Of a stretch of 64,000 bases of DNA, positions 54,983-64,000 are shown piece by piece. Positions within the stretch are counted from its first letter, which is position 1. Every line of letters begins with the position of its first letter. Made by a program: the position numbers and the translations under genes. The notes under the pieces were generated by a model. The model saw nothing but the letters and a program-made list of their open reading frames with translations. It had not been told where the DNA came from and did not search any database. The DNA lies in IMG/VR virus record IMGVR_UViG_3300047546_000414. One strand, given 5' to 3'. The DNA is from an uncultured virus (IMG/VR IMGVR_UViG_3300047546_000414) (taxonomy: Duplodnaviria; Heunggongvirae; Uroviricota; Caudoviricetes).

Positions 54983-55492
54983 CTAACTGTATCTGCCGCT
55001 GACAGATACGTCCCTAGAATACTTAATTTCTATAACAATATCTGTAGAAAGGAATCCAAGGACCTCTTCTGATGGAGAAGTTGGAGAAATATCGCCTATA
55101 TAGATAGTGTGGAATCTGAATTTGCTAGAATTTGGCATAAAATTATTAATATCTCTAGCGGATTCATCAGATCTTCTAAATAAATCGACTATAAAGTTTC
55201 TCATCTCATTGATATCTGATATATCTGTGGCATACAGGGTAAACATTACCTGCTCATTACATACCAGCCAAGTGTCGTCATAGGTCATCCCAGTCTTGTC
55301 ATAAACAATATGCTTTTTGCCACTCAAGAACTGATTCATTTCTGGGAGTTGTTGAACAGGAATAATTGGAATTATTGTTTCATTTATATTGTCAGAATAA
55401 TAGTCTGTTTCATCAAATATTTCTGCGTCCTTAAATTCGTTCCAAAGAAACTTTCTAATTTCGTTTACAGCATCTAATTTATAATTTGTCAT
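54983..55492 (-). CDS. tail terminator/completion protein (by synteny)
   Basis: Directly upstream of the major tail gene. Confidence 0.6.
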   Translation of the reverse strand: MTNYKLDAVNEIRKFLWNEFKDAEIFDETDYYSDNINETIIPIIPVQQLPEMNQFLSGKKHIVYDKTGMTYDDTWLVCNEQVMFTLYATDISDINEMRNFIVDLFRRSDESARDINNFMPNSSKFRFHTIYIGDISPTSPSEEVLGFLSTDIVIEIKYSRDVSVSGRYS

Positions 55493-56286
55493 TACATGTT
55501 CCTTCCATTAGACTGAACTGCAGCCTGAGCTAAATTTTTAACGGTAGCTGGAGAATAACTATATGACTTTGCCTTAATCATAGGAGGAATCATCATAGAC
55601 TTTCTAGTTACAATTCTAAATGATTGACTTGCCCCAGAGTTCTTAATAGAGTTTCTAATAAGGTTTCCGCTAACAAAAAATTTATAAGTATTTGCAAATC
55701 CCATCTTTGCATATTTACCGCCAGGATTTTGAACCTTGACAGATCTTCCTTGTTGCAAAACAATGTTACGATCTCCCACTGTAAACGCTAATCTTCCAGT
55801 AGGTGTTCTTGGCGTAATTAAAACTGGGTTTCCAGACTCCATAACAAATGCTTTATTTCTAAAAACATAAACTTTCCCTTTAGTGCTATTTTTAGGAACA
55901 GAGGTCTTAGACATTTTAAACTCATAAGATAGGTTAAAATCAAATCCGTTACTCATGGTTTTATTTAATTTAAATAGTCTTGCTGTTTTATCTCCAACCC
56001 TATTCCACTCATATACATGGTGTAAGTATTTAGGCTTTGATCTTGCCTGCATATCAATATAGTTTCCTAGATCTGTGCTAACCCTATTATAAATTTTATT
56101 TGCAAAGCCTTCTTGTATGCAAGACTCTGTAACCATATGTGACATAACTTGAGTTTGGTAATAAAGGGCTGCAGAAATTTTTTGAACAGTCCCGCCATGG
56201 TCTATGACTCCAGATGGCTTTGAGCCCTTCATAAGGGCTGCTAAGCCGTTAGAAGCGGATTGTAGAGCAGCAGCATTAGTCGCCAA
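55492..56286 (-). CDS. neck/tail-completion protein
   Basis: Basic. LHHVYEW...KAFVMESG motif. Synteny. Confidence 0.55.
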   Translation of the reverse strand: MATNAAALQSASNGLAALMKGSKPSGVIDHGGTVQKISAALYYQTQVMSHMVTESCIQEGFANKIYNRVSTDLGNYIDMQARSKPKYLHHVYEWNRVGDKTARLFKLNKTMSNGFDFNLSYEFKMSKTSVPKNSTKGKVYVFRNKAFVMESGNPVLITPRTPTGRLAFTVGDRNIVLQQGRSVKVQNPGGKYAKMGFANTYKFFVSGNLIRNSIKNSGASQSFRIVTRKSMMIPPMIKAKSYSYSPATVKNLAQAAVQSNGRNM

Positions 56287-56701
56287 TTGTCTGGTTCTCC
56301 GATCTTGCTGCCATTAAATTGTACCCAAGGATATTTCCAAATGGATCTGTAATTGGCGTATTTCCAACTATTTCAAAAACTGTTGGAGTATTTGTAGGGT
56401 AATTTAATTCAAACCAAACAACTTCACCGTTAGCATTTCTAATATTTGTTATTTTATCTCTATGTGATATAAATTTGTCTACACGAATTTGAATTGCTTC
56501 TGTATCCTTAAACTTTGTAGAATATTTTTGTTTATCAGTTCCTCTACCGCTAGTTGAGCTGATGCTTCCTTTTGCAAAGCAGGATACAGTTGAATTATAT
56601 GCCCACGTTTTTTTAAGGGCTCCAGTATCTGGGTCTTGTTCATCCTGTTGTGTGTAAACGTCTGCTTTCATTGACAGAATTGAATTTACTAGATCTATCA
56701 T
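56276..56701 (-). CDS. head-closure (stopper) protein
   Basis: QDPDTGALKKTW...DPFG beta-barrel pattern. Synteny. Confidence 0.65.
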   Translation of the reverse strand: MIDLVNSILSMKADVYTQQDEQDPDTGALKKTWAYNSTVSCFAKGSISSTSGRGTDKQKYSTKFKDTEAIQIRVDKFISHRDKITNIRNANGEVVWFELNYPTNTPTVFEIVGNTPITDPFGNILGYNLMAARSENQTIGD

Positions 56702-57693
56702 TAGATCACCAGCATTTGTTTAATAACATATCCAGCAAGGATGCTATCTACAAAAAAGTTTCCTGTTCCATTATAAACCTGTGGGTCAAATTCAAACTGC
56801 CAGTCAAAAGTCTGGATGCTTTTCACATATTTATTTTTCCATTGTGTGTCTTTATTGAAAAAGTCTTTCATTAATTCAATGGTTGCAATATTTACTTCAT
56901 CTGGAACAAACTCCCAGCCAAACTTACCCTGAATTCTATATGCTACATCTTTTCTAAAAAATCCTTGAAATCCAATATCGTATACAGTTGGAGAAACCAT
57001 ACCGTTAGCTAAATAAACAGTATTGTCTCTATTAATTGAATCTCCTCTATCAACCTTTATTCCATACCCGCTAGAAACAGGAATAATGCTGTACCCAATA
57101 TTATTTACATTGTTTGGGTTATCTATTAAAAGAATGTCGTTTGCATAAAGCTCATGGATATCATTTACTTTGTAAAGAGTTTGTACAGAATCATCTCCGC
57201 CACCATAAACTGTTACTGCGTCATCGTATAAATAAAACCAATCATTTGTATAATTTTCAATTAACTTTCTTGCATATTTTTCAGCAAGCTTAAGTTCATC
57301 ATAGGATCTATAATTTTCATCGCTTGGATCAACACCTATACCAAGAGCATCTATAGCCTCTGAAATGTTTACATATGGAGTGACTACATCAACATAAGTT
57401 GTATTAGATCCAGCATTTCCCTGAACCTGATAAGACCATACTAGCTTGAGTTTTCTATTTCTTGAAGTAATATTAAAAGGAAGAACTACTTCATAGTTTC
57501 CATTGTCTGTATCTAAATTAGTTGCAGTGTATGTTCCTATTGATACTTCTGGATTAAGAGATGGAATAATGGCTGGGTCTGAAGTTATATCGTAAACAGT
57601 AACGGTTACATTGCCATCAGCGTCTACTGGTTGACCTCCCCAATAGATTTTATGACGTAGTGGTCCGTTACTATTTACATATAATTCTGCCAT
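56701..57693 (-). CDS. head-to-tail adaptor
   Basis: YARKLIENYT...FGWEFVPDEVNIATIEL...GTGN..VDSIL. Confidence 0.7.
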   Translation of the reverse strand: MAELYVNSNGPLRHKIYWGGQPVDADGNVTVTVYDITSDPAIIPSLNPEVSIGTYTATNLDTDNGNYEVVLPFNITSRNRKLKLVWSYQVQGNAGSNTTYVDVVTPYVNISEAIDALGIGVDPSDENYRSYDELKLAEKYARKLIENYTNDWFYLYDDAVTVYGGGDDSVQTLYKVNDIHELYANDILLIDNPNNVNNIGYSIIPVSSGYGIKVDRGDSINRDNTVYLANGMVSPTVYDIGFQGFFRKDVAYRIQGKFGWEFVPDEVNIATIELMKDFFNKDTQWKNKYVKSIQTFDWQFEFDPQVYNGTGNFFVDSILAGYVIKQMLVI

Positions 57694-57705
57694 TTGAAAT
57701 TTTCG

Positions 57706-58104
57706 TTAAGCGTAAAAGTCCTGGACTTCCTTTGCTGTGGCTAAACGAAAACCCTCCTCTTTTTCAAAAATTTCTTCTGCCTTTTCTGTTGGCATTGCAA
57801 CAAACGGATGCTCTCTTGTAAAAGTGTATCCTACGGCATCATATCTAAAGTTTGCTCTTGTCATTCTAACCAAAACTGTGTTTTCTGGCTGTTCCTTCTT
57901 TGGATCAAACCTTGGTGTCACTTCTTCCATTTCGACTGATTCATCTTCAATGTTTTTAATTGTCTTTTGGTAAACGTCCCATGTGACGCCTTCTTCTGCA
58001 AGTGCTGCTATAATTTCTGCTTTGTTCTTTGAGTTTGGTAAATCAACTGCAAAATCTTCAGCAATTTGACGAAGCTCTGCAATTTTCAATGTCGTAAATG
58101 ACAT
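57706..58104 (-). CDS. virion-module protein with an N-terminal HeH/Rho-N-like helix pair
   Basis: LKIAELRQIAEDF...KAEIIAAL, C-terminal FRLAT.KEV..FY. Confidence 0.6.
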   Translation of the reverse strand: MSFTTLKIAELRQIAEDFAVDLPNSKNKAEIIAALAEEGVTWDVYQKTIKNIEDESVEMEEVTPRFDPKKEQPENTVLVRMTRANFRYDAVGYTFTREHPFVAMPTEKAEEIFEKEEGFRLATAKEVQDFYA

Positions 58105-58151
58105 ATATTCTCCTTTGTTCTCATTAATTATATCATTGTAAGGTTAAAAGG

Positions 58152-58190
58152 TAAAGACCCCCAAAACTTATTAAATTTTAGGGGTCTTTA
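58152..58190 (-). terminator. terminator after the major capsid gene
   Basis: TAAAGACCCC...GGGGTCTTTA inverted repeat followed by CCTTTT. Confidence 0.75.
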
Positions 58191-58206
58191 ATAGTATCTT
58201 CTTAAA

Positions 58207-59256
58207 TTAGGAAGCTACCTTAACGTTCTTTACGACTACCCAAGCATCTGCTTGTTCAATCTGAACGCCTACACGAGTGTAGAGTGTGTACTCAACTGAG
58301 TCCTTACGTGGCCAGAAGAATCTGTATACAGTTACATCACGCTTAATTCCAATAACTACGTTATTTGGGAATGAAAGGTGGATGTCACCATGATCTCCTG
58401 ATGCACCAGTATGTGTACCAGTTTGAGTTTCCTTTAGAAGTGGGACTTCAACAATTGGAATACCAAATGCAAATGGTGCTACATAACCAGCTGGTCCACC
58501 AAGTGGAGCCACATCACCACGGATAACGCTTGATGCGATATCTTGTGGGATTGTCTGATTTGTACCAATGCTTTGCTGGTATAGGAAGTCCTGAATAAGG
58601 TTAGATCCTGCAAGGAAGCGTAGGTCTGTACGACGTTGCTTGTACTTACGTGGAAGTGCCTTAAGTGCTGAGTTGAATACTGCACGAGAGATATTAGCTC
58701 CCGCTGCATCTACAACATGGCCATTAGCCTTTGCCTTCTTGACTACACCATCAAATGCCTTATAAAGTGCATCTCCTGTTAGCGAAGCATCGCCATTGAG
58801 AACCAAGTCTTCAATGTCGTTACCTGCCTGTGTTGCCATAAGACGTGCAATATGATCTTCAAGATCTGGACCTTCGATATTGTCTTCAAGAGACTCTGTT
58901 GAGAGTTCCCAGTCAAGACGAAGCTTCTTTGTGGACAAAGAAATCTTGGAGAATGTAACGCCTGCGTTTGATGAAGTATCTTCGGCTTCAGAAGCGACTT
59001 TCATCAACTTCTCGCCTACTCCGATACGATCAATCTCAGTTGTGTCTGCCTTCATTCTAACTGTACGTGCGACTTTACCGATAACGGTTGCATCGAATAC
59101 GTAGTCAAGGAATCGTGCTGACTGCTCTGGATTTAGGAGACCACCTGTTTGGGTAGCTCCAACGTGAATGCCAGTACCTGTAATGGACTGTCCATTCATA
59201 GATGTAGATACAGTAGTATTTGCTGCTACTGCCTTTTCTAATAGTTCATTGCTCAT
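58207..59256 (-). CDS. major capsid protein (HK97 fold)
   Basis: GGLLNPEQS, ESLEDNIEG, DIEDLVLNGD and FGIPIVEVP. High-expression codon bias. Follows protease/scaffold. Confidence 0.92.
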   Translation of the reverse strand: MSNELLEKAVAANTTVSTSMNGQSITGTGIHVGATQTGGLLNPEQSARFLDYVFDATVIGKVARTVRMKADTTEIDRIGVGEKLMKVASEAEDTSSNAGVTFSKISLSTKKLRLDWELSTESLEDNIEGPDLEDHIARLMATQAGNDIEDLVLNGDASLTGDALYKAFDGVVKKAKANGHVVDAAGANISRAVFNSALKALPRKYKQRRTDLRFLAGSNLIQDFLYQQSIGTNQTIPQDIASSVIRGDVAPLGGPAGYVAPFAFGIPIVEVPLLKETQTGTHTGASGDHGDIHLSFPNNVVIGIKRDVTVYRFFWPRKDSVEYTLYTRVGVQIEQADAWVVVKNVKVAS

Positions 59257-59277
59257 TTTATTTTTTCACCTGCCTTT

Positions 59278-60633
59278 TTAATTTAGAATGTCGTTCACGG
59301 AACCGAGGAAAGCGCCGCTCCATTTTGATTTCTTTACAAACTCTGTTGACCCGCCAAGGTCAGCAGACTTCTTAATTGCAGTATCGCCCTCTACTGCGTC
59401 GATTCTCTTTTCGACTGAATTGATTGTTTCACGAATACCTTTTACAGTTTCGCTCAAATTGTTGTGCTGTTCTGCCAACTCGACAATTCTTGCCTCAACA
59501 CTCTTGCTAAAGGACTCCACAGTGTTTTTAACTTCTGCAACCTGTGCTGCATTTGTTTCTGCTGCCTTGCTAAGTGTATCGGACAAGAAGCCCTTGAGAT
59601 CCCCTAGCATCTTTGCAAAATCAAGCTCTTCTGAAGCTGCTTCTGCTGCTGGTTCTCCTGCGGTATCGGCGGCAACTGAGTCTGCAGCTGGTGCTGCTTC
59701 TTCTGCAACTGCTGCTGCTTCTGCTGCTGGTGCTTCTGCTACTGCTTCTGCTGGAGCATCTGCTGCTGGAGCATCTGCTGCTGGTGCATCAACTGCTGGT
59801 GCATCAACTGTTGTTTCTTCTGTCATCTTTGTTACTTCTTCTGACATAGTTGTACCTCCTTTATTTACTTCGGTGTTGTTTTCAAGTTCATTTGCAGAAC
59901 CAGAAATCTTATTAATGTGTTTCTCATAAACAAAACGAACTGCATCCGATTTGTTAATATCATTGTTTTCAATCCATCCAATAATCTCCATTTGTTTGCC
60001 GCATGCTGTGCATTCACGAGATTGGAGTGCTTCTGAAACTACAATATTGTCATGCTCACAGAAAAATACGTTTGCTGCTGCAATCTCTGTAGCAATTCCT
60101 TTAAATACCATTTGTCCATTTACTTTTTCAATTGATAGAACATTGCAAAGTTGGTTAGCTGGAGAATCTACTAATGAAAGTTCTACTAGATCATAATCTT
60201 TAATAAATCTTACAGACGTTCCATCTGCTTTATTAACTTCATTATCCGACTCATTAATTCTTCCACCTATTGAGAAACCAGAAAGAGTGCCATCAAGAAC
60301 TTTTTCCCAAGTATCTTGTGCACCCTTTGAAATGTATGTACTCACCCAAATTCCATCGTAAAAAGATTTTGACATTGGATCAAAAAAAGTTTCTGGTCTA
60401 AATGACAAAATTTTTCCGACTGCAATTGGCTGATGCATTTCACGAATGTTGCCTCTAAAGTTTTCAAACGCTTTAAGGCTCGCTTCTGCTGTGACAACAT
60501 CGCCTGTTTGGTCTACATTGTTTAATGTAGCAAAACCTGAAACAGTTCGGTTCTCTTTGTTGACCTTTGTAAATGGTACGCTAATAGATAGACGATTACC
60601 ATTACTAGACCAACTGGTCTTTTCAATATTCAT
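59278..60633 (-). CDS. prohead protease fused to a scaffold-like coiled coil
   Basis: RTVSGFAT, IREMH, GFSIGG and ELSLVDSPAN (HK97/herpes-type protease), then an Ala/Glu linker and coiled coil. Confidence 0.88.
   Translation of the reverse strand: MNIEKTSWSSNGNRLSISVPFTKVNKENRTVSGFATLNNVDQTGDVVTAEASLKAFENFRGNIREMHQPIAVGKILSFRPETFFDPMSKSFYDGIWVSTYISKGAQDTWEKVLDGTLSGFSIGGRINESDNEVNKADGTSVRFIKDYDLVELSLVDSPANQLCNVLSIEKVNGQMVFKGIATEIAAANVFFCEHDNIVVSEALQSRECTACGKQMEIIGWIENNDINKSDAVRFVYEKHINKISGSANELENNTEVNKGGTTMSEEVTKMTEETTVDAPAVDAPAADAPAADAPAEAVAEAPAAEAAAVAEEAAPAADSVAADTAGEPAAEAASEELDFAKMLGDLKGFLSDTLSKAAETNAAQVAEVKNTVESFSKSVEARIVELAEQHNNLSETVKGIRETINSVEKRIDAVEGDTAIKKSADLGGSTEFVKKSKWSGAFLGSVNDILN
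59745..59805 (-). repeat. 15-bp tandem repeat encoding DAPA(V/A)
   Basis: Four imperfect GATGC(A/T)CCAGCAG.. units in the scaffold linker. Confidence 0.75.
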
Positions 60634-60642
60634 ACTGTATAA

Positions 60643-60671
60643 AGTTTATCAACCACTAGTTAAAAAGGCAA
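60643..60671 (-). promoter_or_regulatory. putative promoter for protease/capsid
   Basis: TTGCCT-N17-TAAACT with a TG extension. Confidence 0.5.
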
Positions 60672-60692
60672 ATAATAGTCACCTAAAAAATG

Positions 60693-62285
60693 CTATTCTG
60701 CTTGCCTTCCGTCTCCCTTGGCATTACGACCTTCGCCAGAAATATCTGGAGAATTTGCTTGCCTTTCTTGAGAACGCTGTCTTGTATTTCCAGCCTGAGC
60801 AGCCTGTTCAGCGGCTTGATCGCCCTTCAAATCAACGACCTCATCGCCGCCTTCAAGCGGAATCATGCCCTTTCTAATTCTTACTTCATTAGGGGTAATT
60901 ACTTGCATACGCAAATATCTTTCATCAATTTTAGACTGAGTATCCTCATCTGTAAGACTTAATTCGTTAAATTTAATTATTAAAGCATCTGTCTTTTCTT
61001 CAATAACCGCATTTAATTTCTTTTCAAGTCTCATCTGTGCTGGACGGCATACTTGCTCTTTAAATGTTTTATCTGCATCACGAGCAACTGCAAGGTTTAC
61101 TCCTTCTGGGGTTCCAACCTTGTTAATTGGAACACGGTGTGCCAATAACATTTCATCTCTATTTGCTTTGCGATATTTATCAAATGAGCCTTCCTGAGTT
61201 CCAGCTTCAATTGGCTCCATCTTAAATTCAACTTTAGACTCTGGAGTATCTGCTGGCAGTGGAATATAAAGTGATCTATGGTTTTTACCCTTTAGACCTA
61301 CCTGGAAAAATTCAAGCAATTTTCTTTCTGATTCTGGTGAAAGCTTTGCACCCTTTGCAGTAATAATATATCTTGGAACTGCTTTGTTTTCAAAATAGTC
61401 TAAGTTATATTTAGCTGCAAATTCATTTCCAGCCAAAGAATTCTGTGCTGCAATAATGTCTGGAATTCCATAATATTGATTTACTGGAGTATATTTCTTT
61501 AGGTGAATAATTTCATTTGGTCTATCGTTACCGCCTAAAATTGGATTAGGAGTTTTTTGATCCCCATAGTTTCTAAAGAATACAAGCTTGCCATAAAGTA
61601 ATTGAACAAAGCCATCTCTTGTTCTTCTAACTCTCATTGTTTTTGCAGGAATATGGCCAATATATCCAATGTCTCCACGGACTGTTCTTCCTATTTCAAT
61701 ATATCCATTACCTGTAGATTCGTAATCTGTCCAAACTTTAATTAATGTTTCTTGGAATGTATCTTCACTATTACATTGATCTAGCCAGTCCTGAAGATCT
61801 TGCTTTAGTTTAGAAAGTTTTCTGCGAGCTCTTTCTAATTGTTTTTCATCCGTTATTCCATCAATAGCATCATTTGTTTTTCTAGTTTCAATAAATTGAT
61901 AACCTAGACCAACAATGTTTGAAGTCTTTGCATTACATGCTGCATAGTTATATGTTGAAATTTCATAAAGCCTTGAAAGATATTCTAGATTATATACAGG
62001 TTCTATTACATCAAGAAAAGCGTAGCCAGTTATTGCCTGAGCCAAGAGACTCTGCTGTGTTTCAGCACCATCTTTTCCAGTAAATGCTTTTGTAACTTCT
62101 CTGCTTAATTTTCTTCTAAATGCAGGAGAAAGTCCAGACATTTTTTGAAGTTCTTCTGCAGATAGTTTAAATTCATCTGGAGAACCCTCTTCTTGTAGTT
62201 TAGAAAATCTAACCATGTCTGCATATGTGGTTAGTCTTATTTCATTATCTAAAGGTTCTGTGTCTTCTTCATATGTAGACTTCAT
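60693..62285 (-). CDS. portal protein
   Basis: TGNGYIEI, EIIHLKKY...YYGIP, YFENKAVP, AHRVP and ITPNEVR...GGDE. Confidence 0.92.
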   Translation of the reverse strand: MKSTYEEDTEPLDNEIRLTTYADMVRFSKLQEEGSPDEFKLSAEELQKMSGLSPAFRRKLSREVTKAFTGKDGAETQQSLLAQAITGYAFLDVIEPVYNLEYLSRLYEISTYNYAACNAKTSNIVGLGYQFIETRKTNDAIDGITDEKQLERARRKLSKLKQDLQDWLDQCNSEDTFQETLIKVWTDYESTGNGYIEIGRTVRGDIGYIGHIPAKTMRVRRTRDGFVQLLYGKLVFFRNYGDQKTPNPILGGNDRPNEIIHLKKYTPVNQYYGIPDIIAAQNSLAGNEFAAKYNLDYFENKAVPRYIITAKGAKLSPESERKLLEFFQVGLKGKNHRSLYIPLPADTPESKVEFKMEPIEAGTQEGSFDKYRKANRDEMLLAHRVPINKVGTPEGVNLAVARDADKTFKEQVCRPAQMRLEKKLNAVIEEKTDALIIKFNELSLTDEDTQSKIDERYLRMQVITPNEVRIRKGMIPLEGGDEVVDLKGDQAAEQAAQAGNTRQRSQERQANSPDISGEGRNAKGDGRQAE

Positions 62286-62614
62286 TTCTTACCCTTCCTC
62301 ATTTCGTCTTTATAGACTCCAATATCTAATTGATCTGGAACTAGACCCCATTCAAGACGTTGCTTCTGATATTCAAATTCTTCGTCATCAATCTTTCTTC
62401 TTCCAGAAAGAAATTTTGGCTGCCCCTCATAAATTCCATAATGTCTGACCGCTCTAGCTAAGGCGTCTATCTTTGCCTTGTTGCCCTTCATAGAGGTGAC
62501 AGAAAGAAAGTTTCCGTCGTCATCGCCTATCCATCTGCCATCTGGCATTTCCCAGACATAGATTCCTAGAGTTGTTTCCTCTACAATCTGCTTATTCATG
62601 CTTTTAATATCCAT
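62282..62614 (-). CDS. hypothetical protein
   Basis: GIYVWEMPDG...GLVPD. Coupled to the portal. Leaderless promoter upstream. Confidence 0.7.
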   Translation of the reverse strand: MDIKSMNKQIVEETTLGIYVWEMPDGRWIGDDDGNFLSVTSMKGNKAKIDALARAVRHYGIYEGQPKFLSGRRKIDDEEFEYQKQRLEWGLVPDQLDIGVYKDEMRKGKK

Positions 62615-62673
62615 TGTTTTATTTTACCATTTCATGACACATAAGTCCATCTTTTGTCAACCAAAATGACAAA

Positions 62674-64000
62674 TTAGGCACTTGAAACAATTAAATAGTC
62701 TTGATTATAGGTTGATACAGAAGATTCTGTCAACGTCAATGACGAGTTTGAGGCCGAAGTAGAAGGTTTTCCACAATATAGGTCGTAGTGTGTTGTAATT
62801 TGGCTATCAGAAAGCTGGTATCTATAAAGACCAATATTCTGATAATTTGATACTGAGCCTAAAGGCATTGATGGAGAATAATTAAATTTAAGGGTGTTTA
62901 ATATTGGATTTGTAAATACCAAGACTATATGATGGGGCTCCCCAAGAACTAGGTGGTCGGATATATTAGACATAGATGTTTTATTGACCCCATTTATAAA
63001 TACTTTCGCAATATTTGTTTTAAGCATTGCAGACCCATTCCACCCAAATACTGTTTCTGGAGATCCAGTTGCTGAGGCCGAATAAAACATTGTTGTGCTC
63101 AAATAATCAGAAGGAGTAAACATTAATTCTACAGACTGAATTGTTTGATCTATGGCAATGTCAAATCCGCCCGTGCCTTTTGTTTTTAACCCTACATTTG
63201 GGTGTCTAATTAATACTGGATAGCTAAAATTGGCCAGATCGTATTCTTTTGCAGACTCTGCATAATACCCATAGTTATGGGCATAAGATTCTTTTTTAGA
63301 ATAAAATGAAATCTTAAATAAAGATAACCTAGGAAAATCTTTTGTAGTATCTGCGCTAGTTAAAGTTATTTTAATATACAAAATATTGCTTCCAGTATAA
63401 GACTCTTTATTGAACTGTGGCAATGAGGAATTATTGGTGCAAGGAAGCCATGTAGTGCCGTTTATAGACGTTTCTACCTGTATCCCCTTATCTCCCTTCC
63501 ATTCTATTTTAGAAGAGCTTATATTGGCCTCCAAGGGGATATTAACAAAATCTTCAATAATTAGATTTTTAGATCCAGGGACATCAGTTTCTTTAAATGT
63601 TATATATTTTTCTGTTTCATTATAATATGTATTTTCATCTATAAATGATTGCCATTGAATATCTTTATTATATTCATACACAAATACTGGTGCAATATTT
63701 TGACCATGCATACCCAACAAGATTCCGTTATCTGGGGCAACTATATGGATTGGCTGCGTATGGTCCAAACCAGCATAATAATGCTTATATACTTGAACTG
63801 GAGAAAGTCCATATCTATAGATAGCTGGTGCGTCTACTAAAAATGAATCTCCTGAGTTTGCTGGTCCAATATTAAAATCTATTGAATTATTTGAAAACTT
63901 AAAACCTTCAATATTTTTCCAGGCCACTAGCCCACCATCTATATAAATTTCCATGCTGCTAACATTATATTTGGCAACAACATGCATTGCTTTTTCTGAA
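62674..64000 (-). CDS. virion structural protein with LamG/concanavalin-like domains (5' truncated)
   Basis: HVVAKY....EIYIDG, DAPAIYRYGLS..V..HY, and a second HHIVLV...LYRYQLS..I..HY repeat. Frame open to the window edge. Confidence 0.7.
   Translation of the reverse strand, partial: SEKAMHVVAKYNVSSMEIYIDGGLVAWKNIEGFKFSNNSIDFNIGPANSGDSFLVDAPAIYRYGLSPVQVYKHYYAGLDHTQPIHIVAPDNGILLGMHGQNIAPVFVYEYNKDIQWQSFIDENTYYNETEKYITFKETDVPGSKNLIIEDFVNIPLEANISSSKIEWKGDKGIQVETSINGTTWLPCTNNSSLPQFNKESYTGSNILYIKITLTSADTTKDFPRLSLFKISFYSKKESYAHNYGYYAESAKEYDLANFSYPVLIRHPNVGLKTKGTGGFDIAIDQTIQSVELMFTPSDYLSTTMFYSASATGSPETVFGWNGSAMLKTNIAKVFINGVNKTSMSNISDHLVLGEPHHIVLVFTNPILNTLKFNYSPSMPLGSVSNYQNIGLYRYQLSDSQITTHYDLYCGKPSTSASNSSLTLTESSVSTYNQDYLIVSSA

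Noticed and set aside
59288..59929. Plus-strand 213-aa Ala/Ser-rich ORF, and similar ones at 6790, 12679, 51022 and 60446
   Set aside because: Antisense shadows of low-complexity, codon-biased minus-strand genes.
1..64000. Stop-codon reassignment
   Set aside because: Standard code gives full-length genes using TAA, TAG and TGA stops with tight coupling. No suppressor tRNA is present.
1..64000. Prophage or integration module
   Set aside because: No integrase, repressor/cro pair, att-like duplication or host flank was seen. Host-like genes are embedded among phage ORFs.

Overview
This is a 64-kb, AT-rich, gene-dense segment of a large tailed (siphovirus-like) bacteriophage genome. Essentially every gene is on the minus strand, and the plus-strand ORFs look like antisense shadows. 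In transcription order (64000 -> 1) there are four modules. (i) Virion module: portal, prohead protease/scaffold, HK97-type major capsid, neck proteins, major tail, frameshifted tail-assembly chaperones, a 2093-aa tape measure protein and FN3-rich minor tail/fibre proteins. (ii) Replication/recombination module: metallophosphoesterase, DnaB, primase, gp32-like SSB, pyrimidine-dimer glycosylase-like protein, DnaE, MazG, RecA, Cas4-like exonuclease and RuvC. (iii) Terminase genes, detached from the head genes. (iv) An ~18-kb accessory region: five tRNAs, a lipoprotein/holin/CHAP lysis cassette, Hsp20, two 2OG-Fe(II) oxygenases, FmdB, WhiB, a PA14 surface protein, Ntn and S8 proteases, thioredoxin, an Ala/Thr-rich secreted surface protein, a flavin-dependent halogenase, a bacterial-type SSB and a PduO cobalamin adenosyltransferase. 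WhiB, FmdB, the MSMEG_6728-like glycosylase and frequent leaderless genes point to an actinobacterial host. Low-GC freshwater Actinobacteria are plausible but this is inference. The most unusual signals are a motif-bracketed cargo insert in the tape measure protein, a phage-encoded cell-surface kit, three promoters whose -10 box lies inside a terminator-like hairpin, several structured RNAs (one upstream of tRNA-Arg, an H-type pseudoknot, a ROSE-like hsp20 leader) and a stand-alone microprotein operon that includes a CxxCGC peptide. All functional calls come from motif recognition by eye. No database searches were run.
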